Below are positions 51,822-64,000 of a DNA stretch of 64,000 bases, piece after piece (within the stretch, counting starts at the first letter, position 1; every line of letters begins with the position of its first letter). The position numbers and the translations under genes were made by a program. This DNA is from Octopus bimaculoides (taxonomy: Eukaryota). The notes below the pieces were generated by a model, which saw only the letters and a list, made by a program, of their open reading frames with translations, ran no database searches and was not told the DNA's origin. The stretch lies in assembly GCF_001194135.2 (NCBI RefSeq), contig NC_068995.1, forward strand, positions 28,887,873 to 28,951,872. The letters are read 5' to 3'.

Positions 51822-53676
51822 ATTTATAAAAATTTGAAGTACAAACAGTTTATCTTCTGTCTGGGAGTCGAGAATACGTCTGGAGACTTTTCGTTGTGTG
51901 TGTGTGTGTGTATGTATTGTGTTGAATGTCCTTTCAGTATGTTTGGAAAGTGACCAGCTGTGTGTTGATGGATGTTATTTTGTGATGAATGTCTTGTTGA
52001 GGAAATAATTAGGATTTTCCTTTGGGTAAGATGTATTCTTTTAAGTGTCGCCACCTGTGTGTATGTGTGTAGTCACCGACCGACAACAAGTATGAACCAC
52101 ACTCAAAGTTACATTCCATTTTTAGCACAAGGACAGAAATAGCAGGACACGCGTTGACCCCGCTACACGAGAAACCAAACACGAGATGCTAAAGGTAATT
52201 AACCTTTTAAAGAAAACATTAACTGACACACAAATAAACCAAATTTCCCCGAACTGAAAAATAATATTGCAGATTTCAGCCGAATACTCGGGCTGGCCGA
52301 ATATTCCACCAAATAAAGGGCTAAGTAAAGCACTGGATTCTTGCTGTGAATACATTGTGAAATTCCCTTTTGAAAAAATTGAACATAGAAACATTAAATC
52401 AAACTTTACAAAGCATGAATGGAAGAACTTACAAGAAAATACGGATATAACTGTCAAAGAAGCCGATAGAGGGAGCACTGTCGTCATCGTGGACACAAAT
52501 TACTACAAAGACATAGCACTCACAATGCTAGAGGACTTGTTGAAAAAAATCAACCCACTACAAACAGTCTAGAATAATGGAAAATTTCACAACTCTTTTA
52601 AAGAAGTATAACAAAAGCTTAATCAGCAAAGAAATTGACTATTTATGTCACTTCAAATAGAAAACGAGCAACTTTTATGGTTTACGTAAAATCCATAAAT
52701 GCAAAAGGATAAGTGATGCCTGTAAATCCTCAGCAAACATACAGCTAACACCTCCAGTTGATCTAAAATTGAGACCAATCATAGCAGGCCCGCCATGTGA
52801 AACACACAAACTTAGCAACTTCTTGGAAATCCTCCTAACACCCTTCCTAAAACATATACAGAGCTACATACAAGATGACCTGGACATGCTAAATCATCTG
52901 CCAAAAGCGGTAAGTAAATATACAATTTTTACTTCATTTGATGTTGTCCCCCTATACGCCAACATTCCCCATGATTTTGGAATAACTACAATCCAATACT
53001 GGTTAGACAATCACCAATCTGAACTTCCAACATGCATAGTAAAAAGACTTTATCCTTGATGTGCTCAGATTCATATTTCAAAGCAATTTTTTACTTTCAA
53101 CGGTTCGGATTACCGCCAAATATCAGGAATGGCGATGGGTACCAAAGTAGCCCCACATACACCAACTTAGTGATGGGATTCTACGAATAAGAAATCTACA
53201 ATCAATCTCTTCTAATATTTGGTGACACGTTCCATATACAACTCAGAAACAATTGGAAAAGATACCTGGACAATTGCTCTATTTTATGGCAGGAAAATAT
53301 TGACAAGTTAACTGAATTCAAAAACATGCTAAACAATCTCAGCAATACCATCCAATTCACAATGAAGTTTAAACCCAAAGAACTTGCCGTTCTGGATATC
53401 CTGATCAAAAATCAAGATGACAAAATAAAAAAAAAGATATATTCTACAAATCCACCGATTCCAAACAGTACCTTCTTTTCACATCATGTCACCCGAAACA
53501 CACCAAACTCAACATTCCCTTCAACCTGGCAAAACGAATTTGTACCATACTATCAGAACCATCCAAAGGTGAACAAAGGTTAGAGGAATTGAATGACAAA
53601 CTTTTCCAAAGAGACTTCTGGTATAATCAGTAACGTAATAAACAAGGCGAAACAAATGAATGTCAATGAACTTAGG

Positions 53677-53708
<32 letters not shown>

Positions 53709-54306
53709 CATCAAAAGCAAAAGACAGCCCAAAACACCAAAATTCAATCTCACTGGAGCAAAGACGCACAAAGAAACCCCAACCCAACGGTCACAAAATG
53801 TGGGAGAACAAACTGCGGCACTTGCCGTTACCTAATTGAATGGCCAGAATTTAAATTCAAAGATGGCCAAACCTTCAAAGTCACGTCAAATCTCACCAGC
53901 AACATGGAAAATCTGATCTAGGTGATCACATGCAATCGTTGCCAACATAATTACAGGTCAGACAGGCGGATCGTTGCGCAAAAGAATGACGACCCATCGC
54001 CAACAGAACCGAGACAAAAGCACAAGAAAAATTCCTTTATGCAGTCACATTGCAACCTGTGAAGGAATGGTCTTACCAAATCTCAACATATTTCCCTTCT
54101 ACAAGTGCTCAGAATCTTTCAACCAACAACAAGGAATAAATAAAGAAATGCAAATTATTAATAAGTATAAACCACCATTAGATAGAGTCACAACCACAAC
54201 CAATAGATAATAACAGACGCTTAGGAACAATTTTAAATATATTATTAGCATTTTGAAAAATACTTCACATCATTTCCTAAATCTTTTTTCCAATATTTAT
54301 ATAGGT

Positions 54307-54347
<41 letters not shown>

Positions 54348-55100
54348 GACACACACACGCACACAAGCATACATACATACATACACACATACATACACAA
54401 AAAATAAAACATCGCAAACACACGCACACATACACACACAAACACACATGCATACATACTCACACATACAAAAGAAGACATCTCAAAAACATACGCACGC
54501 ACACAAAACTCTGCACACACACATACACACACACAAATACACTCAAAAGAAAACATTTCAAACGCACACACATGCACACACACGCACACACAACTCTGTA
54601 CATACACACACAAAAACACAAAAGAAGACATCACAAAAAACACATTTACACACACAAACACACTCACACATACACACACACACACATAGACACAGCTGGT
54701 GACCACACACATACACATAGGTGGTGACATTCAAAGGAATACGTCTTACCCAAAGGAAAATTCTAATTCTTTCTTCAACAAGACATTCATCACAACATAC
54801 ACACCCATCAGTTCTCAACTGGTCACTTTCTAAACTTATTGAAAAGACATTCAACACAATACACACACACACACGCACACAAACACACTCCACACACACT
54901 CGCGCACGCACAGGTGGACATTAAACCCATTCAATAAATGCTTTTTAGCCACTCCCTTGGCTGGAACACACAAAGATCTCTTTTAGACAATGGACACATC
55001 TTTCTCTCACTCTCTAAGAAGATTTCATAGAAAAATCTCCAGACATGTTCATGACTCCCAGACAGAAGATAAACTGTTTTTAGTTCAAATTATAAATTTA
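51822..55100 (+). mobile_element. Penelope-like retroelement (RT + C-terminal GIY-YIG, about 52130-54210) with inverted pseudo-LTRs
   Basis: KEADRGSTVV, LRPII, SFDVVPLYANIP, GMAMGTK.AP, RYLD, CHPKH and VITCNRC...GQTG..LRKRM..HRQQ. The segment 51822-52077 is an inverted copy of 54696-55100. Confidence 0.92.
54398..54640. repeat. Compound minisatellite of about 71-75 bp period
   Basis: caaaa(g/a)aa(g/a)acat.(t/g/a)caaa at 54398, 54469, 54544 and 54619, with CA-rich spacers. Confidence 0.7.
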
Positions 55101-55774
55101 TAAAGTTTTGCTGATATTTGATAAGATGAGAAACCGGTAATNNNNNNNNNNNNNNNNNNNNNNNNNNNNNNNNNNNNNNNNNNNNNNNNNNNNNNNNNNN
55201 NNNNNNNNNNNNNNNNNNNNNNNNNNNNNNNNNNNNNNNNNNNNNNNNNNNNNNNNNNNNNNNNNNNNNNNNNNNNNNNNNNNNNNNNNNNNNNNNNNNN
55301 NNNNNNNNNNNNNNNNNNNNNNNNNNNNNNNNNNNNNNNNNNNNNNNNNNNNNNNNNNNNNNNNNNNNNNNNNNNNNNNNNNNNNNNNNNNNNNNNNNNN
55401 NNNNNNNNNNNNNNNNNNNNNNNNNNNNNNNNNNNNNNNNNNNNNNNNNNNNNNNNNNNNNNNNNNNNNNNNNNNNNNNNNNNNNNNNNNNNNNNNNNNN
55501 NNNNNNNNNNNNNNNNNNNNNNNNNNNNNNNNNNNNNNNNNNNNNNNNNNNNNNNNNAATTATGACGCTTCACGCATGGCTCTTCGTGGAATAGTGGAAG
55601 AATGTTCAGAGGAATGGAAAAAGGAGGAACGAGCGGAAAGGGAAGAGAAAAGCACGGGAATTGCTACATGATTAAACGTATATATGTGTGTGTGGCTGTA
55701 TGTCTGGTGCATGTGTGCATGTATGTGTATAGTTAAGTGTGTGCACGTGCATGAGTGTGTGTGTGTGTGCGTAC

Positions 55775-55805
<31 letters not shown>

Positions 55806-56658
55806 TGCTTGCGTTTGCTCAACAACCAATGACTTCTTTAGATCCCCATAAATTAACTGTTCGGAAAAAGAGACCGAAAACAAATGAATACGATATACAT
55901 CTCGTAGCCGTTTTATGAGAGATCAAATTGATTTAAATACAAGCCATGGTGTTTACTTAAATATAAATACTCAGTAAGAGAATTAGAATAGAATCACTAG
56001 TAGAAATAGGTAAGTTTTCAGGAGACAACTGGCCTAATATTAGTTGTACATATTAACTGTTGGACCCCGAAAATTTTAGAGAAAAGTATCTCCACAAGAA
56101 ATACATCTTACTAAGGCAAGCTGCATTTAAAATTGTAGGAACTCTAAGTTTTCCTGAAATTTTCTAGCAGAGATTTTGATTTCAGAAACACATATTATCC
56201 CATCACTTCAATAGTATCCTTATAATCTTCCTTTAGAGTACAGAACTGTAAACAAAACGAAAAGAGTTTAAAACACTTGAGAAGTTTCGAGTTTTTTCGC
56301 AGCGACCTTGTGGGATTAGTTCACACTGCACACACCAACTGTGTGCAGTCAGTCGTCAACGTAATGCCGTCTTAAAACACAAAACATATGCAGTGAAACA
56401 TAAATATATTTTCTATGCTGTCATATTCTTTTTAAAATATCCTAGAAATCGTTTCCTCTCAATACGTGTCATAACTATTATACACTCTCGCTCTCATACA
56501 CACACGCACGCACACACACGCACACATATGCGCGCGCCAGTATGCATGTTGATCGTAATTAATAGCTCCAACTTAAATAACTCGATAGCATGTTGGAGAA
56601 TGTTTATTATGACTGATGAGCTTGAATACTGCATTAAATTTCGTCTTTCGATTGATCA

Positions 56659-56921
56659 TACTCTTTACTCTTTACTCTTTTACTCTTTACTCTTTTACTC
56701 TTTTCCTTGTTTCAGTCATTTGACTGTGGCCATGCTGGAGCACCGCCTTTTTTTTAGTCGAGCTAATCGACCTCAGGACTTATTCTTTGTAAGCCTAGTA
56801 CTTATTCTATCGGTCTCTTTAGCCGAACCGCTAAGTTATGGGGACGTAAACACACCAGCATCGGTTGTCAAGCGATGTTGGGGGGGGACAAAGACAGACA
56901 CACAAACATATACACACACAC

Positions 56922-56998
<77 letters not shown>

Positions 56999-57164
56999 TA
57001 CGACGGGCTTCTTTCAGTTTCCATCTACCAAATCCACTCACAAGGCTTTGGTAGGCCCGAGGCTATAGTAGAAGACACTTGCCCAAGGTGCCACGCAGTG
57101 GGACTGAACCCGGAACCATGTGGCTGGTAAGCAAGCTACTTACCACACAGCCACTCCTGCGCCT
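56659..57164 (-). mobile_element. SINE family A, full length, well preserved, with long internal (TA)n and (AAAGAGT)n tail
   Basis: A-box-like tggctgtgtgg, B-box-like ggttcagtccc, CORE-like segment and tail hairpin cagtcaaatgactg. Confidence 0.95.
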
Positions 57165-57767
57165 ATAATGTAAGAAATGTGGAAGAAAATTGCAGTTCCA
57201 TTGATATATATGTGTGGAGGATCGATGATTGGTTTGTAAGTAAGTAAAGGAAATGATAGGTGAATATAGATGTGACAAGGGCGGCGTTATAAGTATTTAT
57301 TGAAAATTTCAAACTAAAGACTGCTTTAGGGATTACAAGATATGCATGTGTGTATAAATACTGTTAAGAAATTTGACGTAATAGGACGAGAGAAGAAGAG
57401 AAGGAAGAGAGAAAGAGAATTAAAGTAGTAATGGAGGTATAAACAAATAGAAGATGAATGACAAATGGATAGAAATGATAAAGGAAATCATGGGATGTAT
57501 GGGATGAAAAAAATAAAGTGAAAGTTGCAGATATTATTAGGTAAGGGGGCAGATATTATTTGAAATATCTGAAAGTGTGTTTTTTTTCCAGTATAAACAC
57601 TTGTAGACACGTACTTTATTAGTGTTGACCTGTGTGTATTTGGTAAAAAGGATAAATAGTTGTTCTCGAAATTATCACCCATGCATGTGTGGTTACTAAT
57701 TTCTTAGGCACTCAATTGATATTTGGCTACCCTGGTAACTGTTCCTCTGGAACTTTCCTTGTAAATT

Positions 57768-57799
<32 letters not shown>

Positions 57800-57800
<1 letters not shown>

Positions 57801-58697
57801 ATGTTTTTCATTATTAAAACCCTGCAACTGAAATAGTTACTGCAAATGGCGACTTGATATTAACGCCTCTCTTAAGCATATACCTATTGCCCCAGGAAAG
57901 GTATTCCTTAGACAACTCATTAATAAGACCAACGCTTTCATTAATCTATCAAATGGCAAGCTTTCTTCTTCGATAATAAGGATATTAAACCGTCCTCCAA
58001 TGACCAAAATTCTGAATTTAGTAAACTGTGCAAGTCTAAAAATAATCCTCCCCTAACCCAAGATTAAAATAGTTTCAATAGGACCTCTGGTCTATTGTTA
58101 CGAATGTTAAATTCCATCGTTCCCCTTTAAGGAATAAACATCTGAGATATCTACGTAATATTACCAAGGAAATAAACAGCATGGAAGGTCTACTTGTTCA
58201 ATCGAATAAAACTGGTAACCTGTATCACTTAAGCATGGATTATTACCTAAAATTACTCAGAACGGAAATACAAAATTATACAAGTCTACTGGTAAAAATG
58301 CTATCAGAAAAGCTAACCTGGAAGCTAAAAAAAATATGGAAAAATATAAATTACAAATGAAGACCGAACTTTTAAATCCAAAGCAACCCCGTTTTATTTT
58401 AAAGGACCACAAACCAAACTTTTTCAATAACTCAACTCTCCGTCTTATCTGTCCTTCCAGCTCTGATATTGGTAAACTTAGCAAAAATATTCTTGATAAG
58501 TACATTCCTTCCTTAACTAAAAAACTTAAACTTAATTTATGGTCTTATTCATTCCAGGATGTAGACTGGTTCAGCTGTATTGATAATAAACTAAACACTA
58601 AATTTATCCAGTTTGATATTTGTAGTTATCATTCCTCTATTAATTCCATCGTCCTTAATAAAGCCCAATGGTTCGCGCATAATAAATACACACAAGC
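57800..58697 (+). mobile_element. Penelope-like RT N-terminal half (a different type from the 52-54 kb element)
   Basis: SLKHIP, QAFFFD, KSKNNPP, SNKTGNLY, LKDHKPNFFNN..LRLICP.SSDIGKLSK.ILD, LNLW and FIQFDICSYHSSI. Confidence 0.82.
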
Positions 58698-59000
58698 AGA
58701 AATTAGTAACCACACTTGCATGGGTGATAATTCCGAGGAGAAGTAAGACGTGTTTTGGAGAACAAAAAAGTAATGGAAAGATGGAGACAAACGCACAAAA
58801 TGCTATTTGAATCATTTATGTCACCATATCACCGACATATGTTTCGATTGATACATCAAAATAAATCCGAGACGGAAAATAATGTGGGATGATATATCAA
58901 TCTCATTACGGAGATTATAAACAACGGTGCTCATTAATAAGCCGTTTTTACAGATGTAAGAGAGTATATATAATATATAAAAAAAACAAAGGTGGGGTAA
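58698..59000 (-). mobile_element. Inverted pseudo-LTR of the 57.8-kb Penelope-like element
   Basis: 58698-58737 is the reverse complement of 57665-57704 (38/40 identical), and the segment contains a hammerhead-like fold. Confidence 0.7.
58828..58915 (-). ncRNA. Degenerate type I minimal hammerhead ribozyme (probably inactive)
   Basis: Stem I atctcc/ggtgat (5/6), core gtaatga (CUGAUGA with 2 changes), stem II 12/13 bp, GAAA, palindromic stem III acatatgt, and GUC triplet. Confidence 0.65.
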
Positions 59001-59060
59001 TAAATACGCCTCTGAAAGTAGGAAACCGACCCTATGATTCGAGAAGGATCTTTATCCTTT

Positions 59061-59482
59061 AGGCGCAGGCCTGGCTGTGTAGTAGAAGCTTGCTTCCCAA
59101 TTACATGGTCCCGGGTTTAGTTCCACTGCGTGACACCTTAGGCAAGTGTCTTTTATAATAGCCGACCAAAGCCTTGTGAGTAGATTTGGTAGAAAACTGA
59201 AAGTCGCCCGTTGTATATGTGTGTATGTATCTGTGTGTATGTATGTATGTATGTATGTATGTATGTATCTAGGTGTGTGTCTTTGTGTCTGTGTTTCTTC
59301 TCCCATCACTGCTTGATCACCGGTTTTGGTGTGTTTATGTCCCTGTAAATTAGCGATTCGGCAAAAGAAAACGATAGAATAAGTACTAGGCTCAATAAAT
59401 AAGTCCTTGGGTCAATTTGTGAGACTAAATCCCTCAAGAAGGCTCCAGCGTGGTCGCAGTCAAATGACTGAAACAAATAAAC
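59061..59482 (+). mobile_element. SINE family A, full length, with internal (TATG)n
   Basis: Collinear with 13781-14185. Confidence 0.9.
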
Positions 59483-59849
59483 ACATAAAAGTATTAAAAA
59501 TATATGTCTTGCAGGTATCGTAACTATTTGCAGCGTGTGAATTAAGGTGCTACGTTCCTGAAGAATATAAAGTAAGCTAATACTTTGACCAAGACATGCT
59601 GCTACATTTCCTGTCTTTCCAGAAAAATATTCTTTTTTATTAATGATCCATAAATGTCTTCTCTGACCTGTATTTTTCTTACCTCAAGTGTGCATCTACC
59701 TTCAACAACAAAGCATTTTAAATTTTTCGCCCTGAGCAACAATATCGGATTGGTCTTGTTTACGCTTCGTTGTTCATTTAATTCTTTGATTCAACAAATA
59801 TTCTTTTTATGTATCAGTCTTAATATGTATGAATGGACGGATAAATGAA

Positions 59850-59884
<35 letters not shown>

Positions 59885-61125
59885 ACACACACTCACACAC
59901 ATATCGTTGCTATTATGTTCTTTTCATCAAACTATCGTATTTCCAGCTGCTTCAGATGCCAAGATATCGAAATATGTCAAAGTGTAGTACAATGGTTTTG
60001 CTATGGAATGGCGAAACTATTATTTTCATTTTCTGAATAAGCAACATTTTGGACTTACGACACTTTTGCACATATATATATTATGTATATATACACATAT
60101 ATATACATGTGTGAGCGTGCGTGTGTGTATGTGTGTGTATGCATATGAATTCATACATATGCCTGCGTGCGTGTGTGTTGAAAGAGAAAAAGAAAAGAAA
60201 AATGGGTGTTGCAAGCATTTGTATAATTAATAGAGTGAATTAAGTGCGGGGGGTTAAGGAGCATGTCTAAAACCTGGCAAGTGAAAATAAATGAATGAGT
60301 GAAAGATGAGACAATTGGATTGGTTTACAGCCTACTTGAGACATCTATTTAAATCTGTCTCCAGCTTCACTGATCTTCCTGATATCTGCTGTAGAAAACT
60401 ACTAATCAATGAGAATCAAATTTCCGATTATCGTCCTCTAAGATTACATTCTTTCTCACTGGACTAGCTGACATCAGGTCTGAGCAAGGACTTTTCTGGC
60501 CCAAGGCTGTTGTGTGAGTGACGGTGGTGGTGGTGCAGAGAGTCGGGGGTAAGAGTCATGGGTGTTGCTTGTTAGGTGGTGAATTTATTGTTTGCTTTAA
60601 TTGCGAGTTAGAGGGTGGCTTGTCAAGGGAAATTTGAAATGAAAATCAATAGAACATGGTAGATTGAAGACATAGATAGACAGAGTAATAGAAGATGACT
60701 GGCGTAACAAAACTAAGTATCATGACTTCCTGCACTCAAATACACAAACACGCATACAGACACAAGCGCGCAAAAATAAGTACTCCAATATGTCATACAA
60801 AAATAGTCGTGATTTCAAACAGTCAGATAAATACACACATACACATTAACACGCATGCACTCACACAAGCACACACACAAATGCATACGCACAGATAATT
60901 ACAGACACATACACAGAGATACAAACACATACAGAAAGAGACACATACTTTTAAAGCCTGTTATAGAAAAGTATCATGACTTGATATTTTCAAATATGCA
61001 CGAATACCATCATACTCAAGCTCTCACGCAAAAATAAGCACATTCATGCGTGCGAACACACATAGACATACAGACACGCACGCACGCACGCACACGTGTG
61101 CGCGTACACACATACACACATACAC

Positions 61126-61180
<55 letters not shown>

Positions 61181-61558
61181 AATTCCAGCCAGCACCAGTA
61201 AATCCGCAACAGAAATAACATTAAGGTTTTAATATTGTTATCGTCGCAAGTTATTTTATCAAGTCAATAGCGACCAGAAATATTGTTTGTAAATGCTCAT
61301 AACAACACACATATAGAACACACATATAAAACATTAACAACCCTCTAATAACAGAGGGTTGCTATTGTCTTTATATGTGTATTTAGCCATAAACGAGCGG
61401 AAAAAGGTTACGAAGAAAATGAGAGCTTTTCTGTTTCTTCCAGTACGCAAATACATACACTAAAGATACATACATAGAGGTGAGTAAGCGTACACATACA
61501 TATGTACATACATACATACATACATACATACATACATACATACATACATACATACATA

Positions 61559-62286
61559 AAACTATGCATGGATATGTCAGAAGAAAGCTCCGTGATGATA
61601 GTAACATCATCATCAAAGCAGTTTATCATGGACCGATAGCCGGATTACTACCTCCCACTTTGAAGGGTATGCGTTTGCAATCCAGGAACAAGAAATATCA
61701 ACCAAGTACTTGGTACACAAAAGAGATAGAGATGCAGGTAAAGCCGTAAAGTGTGACAACTGATGCAGACTTTGTGGAGTTCATACTGAAGATATCACCC
61801 ACATCATTAGCAGTTGTCCGAAAATGTCATCACGGTATTATCTACCGATAAGACATGACATTGTAGCTAGGACACTCATTAATGAAATCCGTCGGAAGGA
61901 TAATCCCGAGAACAAAGAAATATGAACCCACAATATGGTAGAAGCCATAGCCACTCATAATAAGAAGGAATACTGGTGGAATGTCTCAGTGAAGACCTCA
62001 ATAAAAGTAAGCACAACACACCTGATATAATGATTTGGGATAGAGAAGAGAAACAGTGCGCAGTTGTGGAAATTAACTGCCCGACGGATGTTAACATAAA
62101 GCTGAAGATCAGTGAAAAATAGAATACCTAAGCTGAACCATTGAAAAATCTGCAGTACTCTATCAAGTCTGCATACAAATCTGCACATACAGACATACAG
62201 ACCCTGTTGGGAGTAGTTACTCTATCTGGGCTAGAAACCGGTTCTTTCTGTATTGGCAAGAAATCTTGAAATAAATTGAATAATGA
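61559..62286 (+). mobile_element. R4-clade RLE LINE 3' fragment (CCHC finger + endonuclease) embedded in (CATA)n
   Basis: MHGYVRRKL, TSHFEGYAFAIQEQEISTKY, CRLC...EDITHIISSC...RHD, YWWN and PDIMIWD...VVEINCP. (CATA)n lies at 61507-61558 and from 62287. Confidence 0.85.
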
Positions 62287-63093
62287 CATACATACATAAA
62301 TACGTACATACACATATACAAACATACATACATACATACATACATACAAACATTCGAACCCACAAGAGTTAGCAAGTGAAACAGAGACAGAGAGAAACAA
62401 GAAAAATGCCGCTGTTATTTGAATACTATACAAATATGTCTTTAAAAAGACTTTTCTTTTAAATTTACCAAAATTTAATTTTTCAATAATTTTTCAAAAA
62501 TTTATTATTCATATTTACTGTTGAAAAGATCTCAAGGATCGAAACCGGTTCTGTAATGTTCTTTATAAAAGTATTTTAGCATTTTCTACTTTGTCTTTTT
62601 TCCATATATATATATAAAGAATAAAAAGTGTTGAATGGTACAACAATGCACTATAATACAAAAAATGGACTATATACTTGTAATTAGTTATCTATAGTCC
62701 GATGATATTTCGGAATACAATTCCTTCTTCAGGTCTTCTTAGATGGAGTTTCTGCTATAAACTGTTTACTAACGACTTTTCTTTTTTTTTTTCCGGAAGT
62801 GTCGCGGTAGTGGTCTCACGAAGCTCCTTCCGGAATTCCTCATGAGAAGTGTGTGAGGTCGGCTATATTTCAATCTCGTGTGTGTTGGTATATCTGTAGC
62901 GCTACTTCTAAGTTATGTGTTATACATGCAGCTTCTCTTTTTTATTTTGTGTTATAAACAATACATGAGCATGTTATTAAGAATGAACCTACACGCGTCC
63001 AGATGTGGCTAAATAATATATTGATTACCAATCTCAAGCCTGTTGTTAATTTTATGTATGCATATGTATGTATGTGTGTATGAATGTGTAATC

Positions 63094-63164
<71 letters not shown>

Positions 63165-63364
63165 TATAGGTAACGAAAAATTAAAGAGGTGAACTCTTTT
63201 CAAGAAACAACAGCGTAGGGCTCAATCTATTAAGCGATTCGATTAAAGTATCAATTAGGAGACAAATTTCAGAGTCAATAATATATTTTGTGGACTAGAT
63301 AAACGTATAGTTGTAGTCTTTCGCCCCAACTTACTCTCATTCTTTCTTCCTGTTTCTTGAGTAA

Positions 63365-63460
63365 AGCTGCGATGGACTGGAGTCCCGTCCAGCTGGTGGG
63401 GTGGGGAACACATACGCATAGAAGCCGGGAAACCAGACCCATGAACCTGGATAGGCTTTA
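63365..63460 (+). mobile_element. SINE fragment with a V-domain-like motif
   Basis: gctgcgatggactggagtcccgtccag resembles the V-SINE central domain as I recall it. Confidence 0.55.
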
Positions 63461-63566
63461 AAAAGGCCGCATAAATAAGTAAATATATACTCTCTGTGTT
63501 TAGACGTGTGTCGGCTTTGATGAGGAGTATTATTGACATTGAAATTTGTCTCTTTCTAATTAATAC

Positions 63567-63600
<34 letters not shown>

Positions 63601-63602
<2 letters not shown>

Positions 63603-64000
63603 TGGCTTAAGTACCCGGCGTTGCTCGGTAATTTAAAAAATGTTAACGGAAATAAAAACACATATTCTGATAAAAAATATATTTTCAGAAAAATTCTATC
63701 AGATGACGTGAGTACATATAAAGTTATTAAAACAAATTCTGAAATGAATCACAGTTTAATTTTGTAGAACTTCTAAATATACAATGTTTTCAGTGTCCTT
63801 TAATTGGGGTACACATAAAAAGAGTTTTGGGACTTCCAGCTCGCGAACATCCTACATATAATTGCCCATGAGAGAAGCAAGGAGAAGCAAGGTTAAATCC
63901 AACTGAGCGATTGTCCTTAAGATTTATTTATGGACAAATGGAGCCATTTAAATTCAAAATGGAGGTCAGATGGGATTAACGGGATCCGTGAAATGAAGAC
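63601..64000 (-). mobile_element. Probable Helitron-type element 3' terminus, continuing beyond the window
   Basis: The minus strand ends ccgagcaacgccgg (hairpin), about 10 nt, then ccagt (degenerate CTAG), directly against a (TA)n tract. Confidence 0.55.

Noticed and set aside
53676-53707. Poly-Lys stretch in the Penelope RT-EN linker
   Set aside because: Simple poly-A expansion in a dead copy.
54398-54640. CRISPR-like repeat/spacer appearance (also the 16-bp and 22-bp tandem repeats)
   Set aside because: Eukaryotic context, no cas genes, and spacers are low-complexity CA tracts or absent.
5600-55573. The longest ORFs in the track (280-370 aa)
   Set aside because: They are open only because they span N gaps; only 36510-37625 has real (hAT) coding flanks.
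61756-61775. Shared in-frame TGA (DN*CRL) in two diverged R4-clade copies (61761 and about 46490) as possible selenocysteine or readthrough
   Set aside because: The codon precedes rather than replaces the finger Cys and is most simply explained by CpG decay of an Arg CGA codon. A family consensus would settle it.

Overview
AT-rich, microsatellite-dense animal genomic DNA from a gapped short-read assembly (about 10 N-runs, most flanked by simple repeats). The tRNA/CORE-type SINEs resemble those I recall from octopus, so the source is probably a coleoid cephalopod (inference). I find no recognisable intact host protein-coding gene; most ORF-track entries are microsatellite or N-run artefacts. 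The window is largely decayed transposable elements. DNA transposons: a DD36E Tc1 fragment, a TRT/DD37E-like Tc1, a pogo fragment, a full-length Buster-type hAT with an 8-bp TSD, four MITEs and a Helitron end. LINEs: CR1, Tx1 and R4/Dong-clade restriction-like-endonuclease elements. Also Penelope-like elements of two types with inverted pseudo-LTRs, a Gypsy LTR plus integrase, and several SINE families. The most unusual observations: a tandem array of TGACGTCA (CRE) palindromes created de novo inside a dead LINE; several decayed Penelope-type minimal hammerhead folds; a LINE family tied to (CATA)n tracts; a CR1/SINE shared 3' hairpin tail; and a frame-neutral, potentially spliceable insertion in the hAT transposase. 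All family assignments come from manual translation and remembered motifs, not database searches.
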